This document shows positions 47,972-58,804 of a DNA stretch of 64,000 nucleotides, piece after piece (positions within the stretch are counted from its first letter, which is position 1; the number at the start of each line of letters is the position of its first letter). The stretch comes from Ostreococcus lucimarinus (taxonomy: Eukaryota). Location of the stretch: the NCBI GenBank assembly GCA_000092065.1, contig CP000586.1. One strand, given 5' to 3'. The notes below the pieces were generated by a model. The model made no database searches and was not told the DNA's origin. It saw only the letters and a list, made by a program, of their open reading frames with translations. The position numbers and the translations under genes are program-made.

Positions 47972-48601
47972 ATGACACGTCTACCCGCGGCGCAAATCAC
48001 CAAGTTCTGGTTCGGGTACGCGAGGCACGAGCTCAGGGCGCTCGCGCGACCGAACAAGGCGCAGATGGCGCTTTGGTTCGGCTCGAGAGAAGAGGACGAC
48101 ATCGTCATCCATCGAACTTTCGGTGCGCATTTGCGCGCCACGAGCGAGCTTTACGCGAGCCAACCCGCAGACGAGACGATCGCGCTCGAGTCGTTCGAGG
48201 ACGTGCTCGCAGATATCATCACGCTCGATCAGTTCTCGCGCGTGATTCATCGCAAAACCGCAAAGGCTTTCAGCAACGACGCCGCCGCCGCGTCTCTGGC
48301 GAGACGAGCGCTGAGCGACGACGCGTTCATGAAACAAGCGGCACCGCTGGAACGTATGTTCATAGAAATGCCGCTCATGCACAGTGAGGATGTCGCCGAC
48401 CACGAGTCGTTGTTGGCGATGCGAGGCATCGACGTGAGCGGGATCGATGTCGACGGTGCGCACGACGACTTCGCGGTGAAACACTACTGCGTCGTGCGAA
48501 AATTCGGAAGGTATCCGTACCGCAACAAAGTATTAGGACGCGTTAACACACCCGAGGAGCAGGTGTACCTAGATAGCAGGCCGAGCACGTACGGCCAATA
48601 G
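47972..48601 (+). CDS. DUF924-family protein
   Basis: ITKFWFGYARHELRALARPNKAQMALWFG...FGRYPYRNKVLGR pattern typical of DUF924. The track start is GTG; the first ATG is at 47972. Confidence 0.55.
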   Translation: MTRLPAAQITKFWFGYARHELRALARPNKAQMALWFGSREEDDIVIHRTFGAHLRATSELYASQPADETIALESFEDVLADIITLDQFSRVIHRKTAKAFSNDAAAASLARRALSDDAFMKQAAPLERMFIEMPLMHSEDVADHESLLAMRGIDVSGIDVDGAHDDFAVKHYCVVRKFGRYPYRNKVLGRVNTPEEQVYLDSRPSTYGQ

Positions 48602-48638
48602 TAGTCATCGTCGATAGCCGTGTATTTGAGGACGCGCC

Positions 48639-48716
48639 GCTCCCCAGTTCACCGCGCGCGAGAGCGTTCACTCGTTCGCTCCCCAGTTCACCGCGCGCGA
48701 GAGCGTTCACTCGTTC
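48639..48716. repeat. Perfect 39-bp tandem duplication in the 5' region of the ferredoxin gene
   Basis: gctccccagttcaccgcgcgcgagagcgttcactcgttc x2, read directly. Confidence 0.85.
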
Positions 48717-48844
48717 GCGCACACGAAGCGAGTTCAAAACACTCGCACTCGCGAGATCGCTCTCACTTTACGCGCCGTCCTCGTCGCTCCGTGAACGCGT
48801 CGAAACGCCGTCGTCCACGTCACAAGTTTATCCAAAAATTAAAC

Positions 48845-49282
48845 ATGCGAGCTTCCGTGACCGCGCGCTCGAGCGCGTTCGTCGGCGCCAGGGCTTTGGT
48901 TTCGAAGACGCGTGCGACGAAGTTCTCGCGCGCGGCGACGCGGGCGTCCAGAACGTTCCTGCGCGTCGATGCGGTGGCGGTCGAGATTCGCCACGAAGGC
49001 AAGACGTACAATCTGGAGGTGGCGGACGGGGACAACATCCTGGACGTCGCGCTCGACGCTGGGATCGATCTGCGGTACGATTGCAAGATGGGCGTGTGCA
49101 TGATGTGCCCGGCCAAGGTTGTCGCGGGGGCGATCGACCAGTCGGGGTCGATGCTGAGCGACGACGTCGAGGAGAAGGGCTACGCGCTCCTCTGCTGCGC
49201 CGTGCCGCAGGGCGAAGACGTGGTGATTCAGACCGTGAGCGAGGATGAGTTGCTCGAGGAGCAATTGTGCTCGAGCGATTAG
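48845..49282 (+). CDS. Plant-type [2Fe-2S] ferredoxin-like protein with transit peptide
   Basis: CKMGVCMMCPAKV (Cx4Cx2C) ... LLCCAVP (4th Cys); R/S/T/A-rich presequence MRASVTARSSAFVGARALV. Confidence 0.8.
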   Translation: MRASVTARSSAFVGARALVSKTRATKFSRAATRASRTFLRVDAVAVEIRHEGKTYNLEVADGDNILDVALDAGIDLRYDCKMGVCMMCPAKVVAGAIDQSGSMLSDDVEEKGYALLCCAVPQGEDVVIQTVSEDELLEEQLCSSD

Positions 49283-49353
49283 GCGATGCGGATGTTAGCA
49301 AGATACACGATAATGTTACTTTACAGAGATACACATTCGTCGTACGATGCGTT

Positions 49354-50595
49354 TCACTTCTTTCCTCGCGACGCCACGCGCTTCGATCGCCGCGACGGCG
49401 TCACCGGATCCTTCGAGCGACCAGACCTTCGCGATGGCGTCGTCGGGTCAACTGCGGATTTCTCGTTGTTCACGACGACCGATTTACGTCGCGAACTTCG
49501 ACGCGACGGCGTCGTCGGCTCCGTGACATTCGTCCGCCGTTCAGGGATTTCGGTGACTGGCACGACGTCGAGCGACGCGCTTATCTCTTCAATTGTATCC
49601 GAAATCACCTTTCCCATCATGCGCGCAAACACGTCTATGTGGCTGACGATGTCATCTGTCAACGACACTGGCGCCGCCGCCGTTGCTGCGTCTTCATCGT
49701 TCAACATCGCGCTCGCGTCGAATCCGGGAGGCAACGACGGTTGCGACGTCACCTCTTCGTCGCACGCGGCGTCATCCGTCATCACTTGGTTTTCTTGAAC
49801 CAACATACTTTCAGTCGCCGTCGAATCTGCGAGTATAGACATCGGGACGCCGGGAACGACTCGGTCCATCTGCACTGGCGCCGGGGACCGCAACGGCGAT
49901 CGAAGTGCCTTTTTCGGCGTCGCCAACTTCTTCGCCGAACGAAGCAGCATCTCCGTTGCTTCGCGCGCCGCTTCCCTATCCAACGAAGATGTCGTCGCAC
50001 TCACCGTCGGTGACGGCGCGCTCTTTCGTACCACCGGACTCTCCGCGGCGCCTGCGTCGCTAAAATTCAGCCCACGACCGTGACTCTTGACCAATTCCTC
50101 CAGCCTCGATCGCCCCTTCGTGAGCGACGTCATCGCATTCTTCACCAACGTGCGCACGTGTTTCGACATCGGCGTCGTCGCTGCGAAGTCGGGCGTCGTT
50201 TTCGTCGGCGTCGTGTTCGTCGCCGCTTCGTCTCGCGGCGACGGCGGTGACGCCAGCGCGCTCGACGCGAACGTCCGGTGCGTCGTCGCTCGCAGCATGC
50301 GTGACGCCTGCTCCACGGGCGAAATGGGGGCGTTAGCGCGCGGTGACGCCGTCGTCGACGGGAAAAGCGCTCGTTTCGCGCGCGTCGGCGCGAGGCGCGA
50401 CGACCCATCTTCGTCGGACTTCGACATTTTCTTGGGCGTCGCCGAACGCCGCGGCGAGCGCACGAGCGCGCGTCGGTCGGCCGAGGACATGCGCGGGGAT
50501 ACGGTCGACGCGTGCGTCGTGCGCGCGGGGTCCATTGCGTTCGGGACGAGGACGGGGCGCGTTGGACTGCGGACGTGGCGGAATCGACGATTCAT
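49354..50595 (-). CDS. Ser/Thr/Pro-rich intrinsically disordered protein with C-terminal TPSRRS repeats; function unknown
   Basis: The long ORF has S/T/P-rich composition rather than the Arg/Ala-rich noise composition; ATG at 50595. A weak call. Confidence 0.35.
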   Translation of the reverse strand: MNRRFRHVRSPTRPVLVPNAMDPARTTHASTVSPRMSSADRRALVRSPRRSATPKKMSKSDEDGSSRLAPTRAKRALFPSTTASPRANAPISPVEQASRMLRATTHRTFASSALASPPSPRDEAATNTTPTKTTPDFAATTPMSKHVRTLVKNAMTSLTKGRSRLEELVKSHGRGLNFSDAGAAESPVVRKSAPSPTVSATTSSLDREAAREATEMLLRSAKKLATPKKALRSPLRSPAPVQMDRVVPGVPMSILADSTATESMLVQENQVMTDDAACDEEVTSQPSLPPGFDASAMLNDEDAATAAAPVSLTDDIVSHIDVFARMMGKVISDTIEEISASLDVVPVTEIPERRTNVTEPTTPSRRSSRRKSVVVNNEKSAVDPTTPSRRSGRSKDPVTPSRRSKRVASRGKK

Positions 50596-50679
50596 CTTAC
50601 CCCTCTTGGGGACGCGCGAAGCGTGTGATTCGTTTGAATGCGAATACAACGCGCTAATGAGCTAATACGCGAGTGAATG

Positions 50680-52686
50680 CTAAACGTCGAACGCGTCGTC
50701 GGAGTCGTCGTCGAGCCACTCGGCGTCGTCGGCGTCGACGGCGCCGAGGAGGTCGGTAAGACCAGTGGCGTCTTCGAGCGTTTTGGGATCGTCGAAGACG
50801 GCGGTGAGAAATCCGTCGCGATCGTCGCGGTATTTCGCGACGACAGCGGTGGAGCACGCGGTGCATCGAGGGAAGCACGGGGCGTCAAATAGGGTTTGAG
50901 TAAACCCGGCGACGCTGCCACGAATTTGATGCGGGACGACGCCCAAGGGCGAGGAGTCGGCTTCGCGCTCCGCGCTCACGTCTTGTTCGCGAGTCGGAGG
51001 CGACGTCGTGACGCCATTTTCGGCGTGAAGTAAGGCCACCATGAGTTCGGCGGCGAGCGCACTTGCGATGGGAGCAAGACCTGGGCGTGTCACCGTGCAT
51101 TGCTGATCTAGCGTGCGGTCCTTTGTGCTATTCGCCGGAGCCATGACGTCGTTGCAGAAGTAGCATCCAAGCCGCGATGACGACGCATGGTCGACGCCGC
51201 ATCCGTGCCGCATAACGAGATAAGTGTTGAAACCGAGCGCGGTATTAATGCAAAGCTTCCCCTTATCGGCGCAAATCAACGTTGGAAGCCATCTCGATTC
51301 GCGTGTGTCCGTGAGCACGTACACGACGTCGTGCGCGTCGATCAACGCCTCGATATCGTCGACGTCTTTGAACACCGATGCTTTCAGTTTCTCGCTGACG
51401 CTGTGTCCGGGCATGGGAATACTCATCAGAACTCCTTTGGCAAACATGCCCGGGAAAATTTCTGTGAGCTTTTTCGCCGCCGCCGCAGCCTTGGGCGCGC
51501 CGCCGTCGAGACAGTCTTCGAACTCAAACAGCGACTGTCGAACTGGGTTAGAATACGAAACTCGCCCCGAGTCGACGAACGTGATGTGTTTGACACCCCA
51601 GCCCATGAGCGTGCGAGCGACTGCGCACCCTAGCGTTCCCGCGCCGATGAGCAAGCACTTAGTGGCTGCGAGTTTTTCTTGGTCCAGTTCCGGAAGCAAA
51701 CGCCATCGCATGAGTTTTAGATTCAGATCCACTGCCTGCGACGCGAGTTGATTTGGATCCATGCTCGCCCCGAGATCGACCGTGCGCGGGCCCATCTTTC
51801 CGCGTGCGTTACGCTCCCAGCCAACCACTTTCATCGTCTCCACATCGAACTTTGGAAAAGACATCGTAAACTTCACACATGCCTCGGCGGCGACCCGCCC
51901 TTTGCGCGCTCGTACGCATACCACGTCCAACGCGCTCGCACCCCAACGTGCTGACGCCAACACTGCCAAGTTGCGCAAAGTCCAGCCCGGATGCGTCATC
52001 GCGCAGCACGCATCCGCGAACGCGAGCCGCGGCTTCGCACCAGCTCGCGTCCTCGCCTCGTACTCCGTCAAAGCGTACGCCTCGCGGCCGTCCTCGCTCA
52101 CCAACCACGCAGACGCCCCCCCGCTCGCGATCCATCGCTCACACGTCGCCGCGATGTCGCCATCCACGCCCTCGTTCGTCATTCCCGTGACGGCTGACGA
52201 CATAATCTTAAACTCCGCGCTCGCGAGCGCCGGAAACGCGAACCAATACGTAAACGACCAACTCTTCAAACACGCGTACGCCACCACCGCGAACGCCCTC
52301 AATCGTTCGGGCTCGCGTTCGGCGTCGCCATTCATCACGCTCTCGAGCATCTCTCGTCCCATCGCGCGCATCGCACCGTCGCGATCGAACGTCGCCAACG
52401 CCTCGCGCGTGTTCGCGCACGTCAACCGCCCGCGCGTCGTCCACGTCCCTCGTCCTCCCGCCGCCTCCTCGCCCTCGCTCGTCGCGTCGTCGAACGCGAG
52501 CGCATCCAACGACACCGCGCTCGACACCTCGGCGTTCTGCGCGCAGCACACGCGCGCGCGGACGTCGATGGGCGTTTCATCCAGTTTCGCCTCGTGCAGC
52601 TTCACGCGCGCCGCCTCGCGCCAGAACCCCCCGTCCGGCGCGCTGCACGGCGGTTCGAACATCAGCGGCGTCGTCGCGTCCGCCAT
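50680..52686 (-). CDS. ATG7: Autophagy E1-like enzyme ATG7
   Basis: MADATTPLMFEPPCSAP...LNLKLMRWRLLPELDQEKLAATKCLLIGAGTLGCAVARTLMGWGVKHITFVDSGRVSYSNPVRQSLFEFEDC: ATG7 N-terminal domain + ThiF/MoeB-like adenylation domain with catalytic Cys region. Confidence 0.9.
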   Translation of the reverse strand: MADATTPLMFEPPCSAPDGGFWREAARVKLHEAKLDETPIDVRARVCCAQNAEVSSAVSLDALAFDDATSEGEEAAGGRGTWTTRGRLTCANTREALATFDRDGAMRAMGREMLESVMNGDAEREPERLRAFAVVAYACLKSWSFTYWFAFPALASAEFKIMSSAVTGMTNEGVDGDIAATCERWIASGGASAWLVSEDGREAYALTEYEARTRAGAKPRLAFADACCAMTHPGWTLRNLAVLASARWGASALDVVCVRARKGRVAAEACVKFTMSFPKFDVETMKVVGWERNARGKMGPRTVDLGASMDPNQLASQAVDLNLKLMRWRLLPELDQEKLAATKCLLIGAGTLGCAVARTLMGWGVKHITFVDSGRVSYSNPVRQSLFEFEDCLDGGAPKAAAAAKKLTEIFPGMFAKGVLMSIPMPGHSVSEKLKASVFKDVDDIEALIDAHDVVYVLTDTRESRWLPTLICADKGKLCINTALGFNTYLVMRHGCGVDHASSSRLGCYFCNDVMAPANSTKDRTLDQQCTVTRPGLAPIASALAAELMVALLHAENGVTTSPPTREQDVSAEREADSSPLGVVPHQIRGSVAGFTQTLFDAPCFPRCTACSTAVVAKYRDDRDGFLTAVFDDPKTLEDATGLTDLLGAVDADDAEWLDDDSDDAFDV

Positions 52687-52751
52687 CGCGTCCGTCGCCG
52701 CGCGCGGTCGCCCCGCGTCCGCGCGCGCGCGTGTGCCGTCACTTCGCGACG

Positions 52752-53771
52752 ATGTTTCGTCTCGCGCGCGCGCTCTCATCGCGCGCCGCCGCGCCCGCGC
52801 GCGCGCATCGCGCCGGGTCCGTCAGGCGCGCCAAGGCGCGCGCGTCGGTCGTCGCGCGCGCCGCGGCGAGCGCGCCGGACGAGGTGTATCGCGTCATGAG
52901 CGCGAACCAAGAGGTCGCCGTCATCGCCGTCGTCGGCACGTCGCTCGTGCGCGACGCCGCGACGCGGCATCGCACGGCGCCCACGGCGACGGCGGCGCTT
53001 GGACGGTCGCTCATGTGCGCGCTCCTGCTCGGGACGTTCAAGGGAGAGGACGAGACGACGCAGCTGACGTTCAAGGGCGACGGGCCGCTCGGGCAAATCG
53101 TCGCCGTCGCGACGCACGACGGACGAGCGAAAGGGTTCTGTTCGAACCCGAACGCGGATCCGCCGCTGCGGAGCGATGGAAAATTGAACGTGGGGGCGGC
53201 GGTCGGGAGAGGGGTGCTCACGGTGAGCCGGGCGCATCCTTCGATGAAGACGCCGTTTAGCGGGTCGGTGGCTATTAGAACCGGGGAAATCGCGGAGGAC
53301 GTGGCGGGGTACCTGAGCGAGAGCGAACAGGTCGGGTCTGCCATCGCCGTGGGCGTCGCGATCGATCGCGAGTGCGAGGTGATCGCGGCGGGGGGGTTCA
53401 TGGTGCAAATTTTGCCGTTCGCGAGCGACGAGACGATTGAGATTTTGGAGCGAATCATACCGTCGCTGCCGTCGTCGACGGCGCTCGTGCAGGAGGGGTT
53501 GACGGCGGAACAGATCGCGCAGCGCGTGCTGGGCGAGCTCGGCGAGCAGAAGGATCTCATCACGAGGATGACGCCCGAGTACGGACCGTGCGAACCGACC
53601 GAGTTGCGCGGACGAATGTTGCGCGCGGTGGCTTCTCTGGGTAAGGAAGAGGTGGCTAAAATTTTAGCCGAAGACGGCCAAATCGAAATCACGTGCGAGT
53701 TTTGCAAGGTGACTAGCGTGCTGAAGGAAGCAGATTTAGCCAAGGCCCAGGGCGAGGTGGACGCAAGGTGA
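52752..53771 (+). CDS. Hsp33-like redox chaperone (HslO family), plastid presequence
   Basis: Hsp33 fold region plus C-terminal ILAEDGQIEITCEFC (compare E. coli ILAEDGEIDMHCDYC). Only 3 of the 4 zinc-centre cysteines are apparent. Confidence 0.65.
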   Translation: MFRLARALSSRAAAPARAHRAGSVRRAKARASVVARAAASAPDEVYRVMSANQEVAVIAVVGTSLVRDAATRHRTAPTATAALGRSLMCALLLGTFKGEDETTQLTFKGDGPLGQIVAVATHDGRAKGFCSNPNADPPLRSDGKLNVGAAVGRGVLTVSRAHPSMKTPFSGSVAIRTGEIAEDVAGYLSESEQVGSAIAVGVAIDRECEVIAAGGFMVQILPFASDETIEILERIIPSLPSSTALVQEGLTAEQIAQRVLGELGEQKDLITRMTPEYGPCEPTELRGRMLRAVASLGKEEVAKILAEDGQIEITCEFCKVTSVLKEADLAKAQGEVDAR

Positions 53772-53872
53772 CGGGAAAGCGATCTGGCTTCATTGGATTT
53801 TTAATGAACAATAACAATTTATTTTTGCGACATTACTTTACAAAGTGGCAGAGCGCCACACTAAATCACCCT

Positions 53873-55402
53873 CTAACGAGAGCGAATGGAAAGAATTGCT
53901 TTGGAAAGTTGCGGTATCGGCGTTTCCCTCGACTTTTTTGGAGAAGTTGAGGGTTCGTAGATATCCGCTAATGGTACACGCGTGGGCTGGTTCTCGATCG
54001 TATCGCGAATGATGGCGACGTAGCGATACATGCGATGACTGTCGAGTCGTTCAACGCGCTCCTCTGGAGAGTACTGACGAAGCGCCCAGAGGCGTTCGAA
54101 AATCGTCGGCCCTATTCGCTGCGTCGCGGTTTCGTTTTGATCTTCAAAAACCCCGGGCGATGCCGAGCTGGCATCGAATTCTTCTTGAATCGACAAGAAA
54201 GACTCTTTCGATTCGGTTGCGGCGATTAAGTCCTTCACCTCCGCTTCGAGTTCAATTTCGTTCGTTGGCATGCTAAACGCCGCAAGGAAAGACGTCCTCG
54301 CCCGCTTCGCAGCCGTGATAGGCTTGGAAAGCCCCTTGGCCACGCCTTTGGCGACGTTCGAGACTTGCCTCGTAACCTGACTCGCCTCCATCGTCGACAT
54401 CGTCGTGGTGTTCATCACGCTTTCAATCGACACACGCTGGCGCCATAGAATTCCAGCTGCACCCCACTCGCGCGGTAAGTCCGCAAACACCCCGGGTCGA
54501 TCGTTGTCGAGAACCAAGCCTTCGCCGACGTGGCAATATGGTCTGCGAACCAACGGACGCGACATCGGCAGCAAAGGGATGATGTCATCCTTTTGTACGA
54601 CGCGCAAGATATCAATTTCCTCGATAGCTTGCGCGGTCTCCTTCGGTCCGAGTTTTGGTGAGCCAAACGTGACGACGCGACGAATCTTCGTCTTCTTCTT
54701 TTGATGCAGCAACAAAGCGAGCGCGACCGCTGCGGCGCCTCCGAGCGAGTGGCCCGTGAGTTGAAGCTCGTAGCCATCCAATAGCAAAGGCTCGATCGCC
54801 TCCAAGCATCGTTGCGCAATGTTTCGGTACCCTCTGTGCATCGGCACCGGCACATCTTCCGCTCTTCCAGTCGGCGCCGTGCCCAATCGCAAGTTTTGCG
54901 CCACATTCTTGATATTCTTTGTTCCGCGAAGCGACACGGTGTGCGTACGGTTTCTATGATCCGTCGTCACGATGGCTCTCTGCTCGCACGAACTCAACTC
55001 TAACACGCGCACGTCCTCTTTACCCCTGAAAAACTCTTCAATCTCCTCTAATGGTTGCCCATTCAAGCAAGCGATCTGCGCTATTCTGTACAACTCCTCG
55101 AACGACCCCACGACTGGTATCACGCTTCCGGGTGACGTCCCCGGCGGCATCTGTATCTGCTTCAACCAACTCGGCGCGAAGCGCATCGCCTCCACCGCTC
55201 GATTTCTCAGCTCCCCCAACCGTCGCTGCGATACCCCGTTCACAGCGTCCACGTCAACGCTCGCCTCCGCGTCACTCTCAGTCGTCGCTCGCGCCGTCGA
55301 CGACGGCCGGCCGAAACGCGCTCTTCTCGCATCTTGCGCGCGTATCCCGCGTTCAATCGCCTGTTCATCCGTCGACCGCGTCGCGTCGTCAGTCATAATC
55401 AT
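53873..55402 (-). CDS. Class 3 (fungal-type) lipase / alpha-beta hydrolase
   Basis: LTGHSLGGAAAVALALLL (GHSLGG nucleophile elbow); the internal ATG (MIMTDD) is used because the track start is GTG. Confidence 0.75.
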   Translation of the reverse strand: MIMTDDATRSTDEQAIERGIRAQDARRARFGRPSSTARATTESDAEASVDVDAVNGVSQRRLGELRNRAVEAMRFAPSWLKQIQMPPGTSPGSVIPVVGSFEELYRIAQIACLNGQPLEEIEEFFRGKEDVRVLELSSCEQRAIVTTDHRNRTHTVSLRGTKNIKNVAQNLRLGTAPTGRAEDVPVPMHRGYRNIAQRCLEAIEPLLLDGYELQLTGHSLGGAAAVALALLLHQKKKTKIRRVVTFGSPKLGPKETAQAIEEIDILRVVQKDDIIPLLPMSRPLVRRPYCHVGEGLVLDNDRPGVFADLPREWGAAGILWRQRVSIESVMNTTTMSTMEASQVTRQVSNVAKGVAKGLSKPITAAKRARTSFLAAFSMPTNEIELEAEVKDLIAATESKESFLSIQEEFDASSASPGVFEDQNETATQRIGPTIFERLWALRQYSPEERVERLDSHRMYRYVAIIRDTIENQPTRVPLADIYEPSTSPKKSRETPIPQLSKAILSIRSR

Positions 55403-55769
55403 CGCCGTCGTCGTGGACGGCGGATGCCGCGGTCCATCGCGCGTCGCCGACACCGCGCGCGCGAGAACACGCGACGATCAGACGTCATCGTGGCTCCAGC
55501 ACTCGACACGTTTTCGTTCGGTTCGTCGCGCGCACGTCGTGCGAACGCACCGTGAACCGAGAAACGAGCGCGCGCGTCGTCGGCGCGTGCATGGCTCGCG
55601 CCGTCGCGAGCCGCCGCCGCGCACCGCGTCTGTGTCTGAAGCTCTCGCGCGGCGGCGGTTGTGTATTCAGGAAACGAATGAAACTCGCGCGGCGTTGCAA
55701 TTGAAAAGTGCGTAAAACAAGGGCGAAAATGTGCGTAAAGCGCTAACTCGCGCGCTGACTCGTGATCGA

Positions 55770-56369
55770 TTAAGCCGCCGCGGATTGCGCGGCGACGTCT
55801 TCGCTCGCGTGGTGCGAGACGTACACTTCGCGTATTCGATCGAGCGAGACGGCGCGGCGAACCTCGGCGATGGCTTCGTGAAGCTCCGAGTCCTTTCCGA
55901 TGAGCGGAACTTCGCCCTGGGACCACTCGAACTCGCCCATCACCACCTCGATGAGGCGTAACATCATGCGACGCGCCGTCATCGTCGTCGGGTTGTCCAA
56001 TCGGTTCTCGCCGCGTTCGACGGTCTGGGTCGCCATCGTCCCGAGAAGTCTCCAGAGCTCGTCGTGCTCCGCGCTCGTGGTGCTCCATTTCCGCAACTCG
56101 AAGAAGTGCCCCTTCTCCAACGATGGGTGTGGATCGCGTTGATTGCGCTGCAAGAAGTTGAAGAGTCGGTAACTCGCGCAAACGTTCAACGCGTCTTGGT
56201 CCAGAGTTTCGTCAAACTTTAACGCGCCTCGTTCCTCGAGCTGAACCGCAAAGGCCTCGACGAAGTCTTCACCGAACGCCAAGTCGAGATCTTTTCTCGA
56301 CACACTGGGCTGCCGCGATTCGGCGAGGAGTTTTTGTAAGTTTTCGGTGTATTCTTTTGCGTCCGTCAT
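55770..56369 (-). CDS. Hypothetical protein, 199 aa, no recognised family
   Basis: MTDAKEYTENLQKLLAES... non-repetitive, GC3-biased. Start is the internal ATG of ORF 55770..56477. Confidence 0.4.
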   Translation of the reverse strand: MTDAKEYTENLQKLLAESRQPSVSRKDLDLAFGEDFVEAFAVQLEERGALKFDETLDQDALNVCASYRLFNFLQRNQRDPHPSLEKGHFFELRKWSTTSAEHDELWRLLGTMATQTVERGENRLDNPTTMTARRMMLRLIEVVMGEFEWSQGEVPLIGKDSELHEAIAEVRRAVSLDRIREVYVSHHASEDVAAQSAAA

Positions 56370-56664
56370 GATCGGGTCGCGAGCTGGGATGTGACGTTCG
56401 GTTCTGCGTCGTTGCGCGCGGCGACGCCGTCGAGCGTCGTGGACGGAAACAAAGAGAGTGTCAAATCGCGCGGACAAATGTGAGTCATGCTAATCATGTG
56501 TGTATTATTACGTCGCACGACGCTCGAGGAGACGTACGTCACCTCTCGCGCGCGTACGGGCAAGAATGGAGCTACAAATGCAAGTGCGTGCGAATGCGAA
56601 ACCGCGTCGGCGAGTGCGCGATGGAAGATCGCGCGTCCAGAGGACGCGCGATTATCGGATGCAG

Positions 56665-58158
56665 TTATTGCGCCGCGCGGCGACGACGCATATCGTTCAA
56701 CTCGCTAGCCATCAAAAACGCAAGCTCGATGGCTTGGCTCGCGTTCAAGCGCGGATCACAATGGGTGAGGTAGCGCTTTTCCAAATCAGACACCGAAACG
56801 TCCATGATGCCGCCCGTGCACTCGGTGACGTTTTGCCCCGTCATCTCTAAGTGAACCCCACCAGGATAAGTACCCATCTTTTCGTGCACTTCAAAGAATG
56901 CCATAATTTCGTCGCGCACCGCCTCGAACGGACGCGTCTTGAAACCGTTATCAGTCTTGATGGTGTTCCCGTGCATGGGATCCGTAACCCACAACACGTT
57001 GAGCCCGGCGTCTTCAATGGCGGTGATGAGACGCGGAAGATGCTCGCGCAACTTGGCAGCACCCATGCGAGAGATGAGGGTGATGCGACCCGGGACGTTG
57101 TCCGGGTTCAACTTCTTCACCAAGCTCACCACACCCTCGCCGTCGCTCTTGTCGGAAATCTTGATGCCGATCGGGTTGGAAATACCGCGGAAGTATTCCA
57201 TGTGTGCGCCTTCGGGTTGGCGCGTGCGCTCACCACACCACAAGAAATGCGCGGAACAGCCGTAATGCTCCTCGGTCGTGGAGTCCAAACGCGTGAGCGA
57301 TTCTTCATAACCCAGGTGAAGAGCTTCGTGCGCCGTGAAGAAGGATGTCTCTTGCATCGACGGATGAGTTTCGTCGATGCCGCACGCCGCCATAAAGTCA
57401 ATCGCGGCGTCGACGCGCTGCGCAAGATCCTCATATTGACTGCCTCGTTCGGTGTTTTCCATAAAATCCAAATTCCAATCGCTCACGCGCGTCATCGCGG
57501 CGTACCCTCCGTTACTGAAAGCTCGCAGCAAGTTGAGCGTGGCGCACGACTGATCGTACGCCTTGACCAAACGCGAAGGGTCCGGCCGACGCGCTTCCGG
57601 GGTGAACTCACAGCTGTTGATGTTATCGCCTCTGTACGACGGCAACGAGAGCCCATCGATCGTTTCCAAGTCTTCGGAACGGGGTTTGGCGAACTGGCCA
57701 GCCATTCGTCCCAGCTTCACCACGGGCACGCCCGAGCCGTACATCAACACGACGGACATTTGCAGCAAAACCCGGTACGTATCCCGCACGTTATCCGACG
57801 TGAAATCTCTAAAACTTTCCGCACAATCACCACCGAACAAGACGAACGCGTTACCAGCCGCCGCGTTCGCGAGCTTTTCCTGCAAGTCGCGCGCTTCTCC
57901 CGCGAACACGAGCGGCGGCCGGTTGGCGATCACCTTCAGCGCCTCCTCCAGCTCAGCCTGATTTTCATAGTTCGGTTGTTGCAGCGCCTCGCGCTGTCGC
58001 CAAGACTTCGGGTTCCACTCCTTCAAATTCGCCCCCGTCGCGCTGACGTCCGCGCTCCTCGCCTTCGACTTGCTCGCCGTCGCCTGCGCCCTGCTCGCGT
58101 CGCGCGCGCCGCGCTCCGGGTTAGTCCTCGCGTTCGTCGTCGTTCGCCCTCGTCCCAT
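56665..58158 (-). CDS. 3-deoxy-D-arabino-heptulosonate-7-phosphate (DAHP) synthase, class II (plant/plastid type)
   Basis: [19 protein letters not shown]...GDCAESF...class II AroA signature throughout; about 500 aa with presequence. Start is the internal ATG; my position reading here may be off by 1 nt. Confidence 0.85.
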   Translation of the reverse strand: MGRGRTTTNARTNPERGARDASRAQATASKSKARSADVSATGANLKEWNPKSWRQREALQQPNYENQAELEEALKVIANRPPLVFAGEARDLQEKLANAAAGNAFVLFGGDCAESFRDFTSDNVRDTYRVLLQMSVVLMYGSGVPVVKLGRMAGQFAKPRSEDLETIDGLSLPSYRGDNINSCEFTPEARRPDPSRLVKAYDQSCATLNLLRAFSNGGYAAMTRVSDWNLDFMENTERGSQYEDLAQRVDAAIDFMAACGIDETHPSMQETSFFTAHEALHLGYEESLTRLDSTTEEHYGCSAHFLWCGERTRQPEGAHMEYFRGISNPIGIKISDKSDGEGVVSLVKKLNPDNVPGRITLISRMGAAKLREHLPRLITAIEDAGLNVLWVTDPMHGNTIKTDNGFKTRPFEAVRDEIMAFFEVHEKMGTYPGGVHLEMTGQNVTECTGGIMDVSVSDLEKRYLTHCDPRLNASQAIELAFLMASELNDMRRRRAAQ

Positions 58159-58804
58159 CCGCGCGTCCCTCGCGCGCGTCGCCTCGAACGATCCACCATC
58201 CCTCCCCACCGATCCGCGCGTCTCGCGCTCGCGCGCGCGCGTCGCGCGCGTCTCGCGCCGTCGTCGCGTAACCCTCGACTCGATCGTCCGCCGTCGTCAT
58301 CCACCCGATCGCGCGCGCGCGTCGTCGTTCGCGCCGCGCCGCGCACCTCGTCACCGTCGTCACCGATCGTCGCGCGCCCGCGCGCGTCGTTCGCGCGCGC
58401 GTCGGCGTCGCCGCGCGTCGGACGCACGCCATGTCGAGCGATCGATTGTGCCGCCGCCGACGGCGCGCGCGTCCCAAGCGCGCGTGGTTCCGAATGTCCG
58501 AACTTTCCCATCGCGATCGCGTTCTGATGGCATCGCGAGGCTTACTGTACGGCACTCGCGCGTTCGACGTATTCTGTGTGCGCACTGTTTGCGCACACAG
58601 AACGGGTGGTTTTTATGCGTCGCGCATCGGTGTGGATAGAATGTCCGGTGTGAAGGTTTGAATCGCGACGCTTCGCGCGATGGATGAAACGACGCGCGAC
58701 CGCAGAGCGACGCGCGACGCGCGGCGCGACGCGGCGACGCGCGGAGCCGCGCATAAGAATTATCGTCGACCGCGGCGCGAGGCGCGAGGCGCGCGCGACG
58801 CGGG

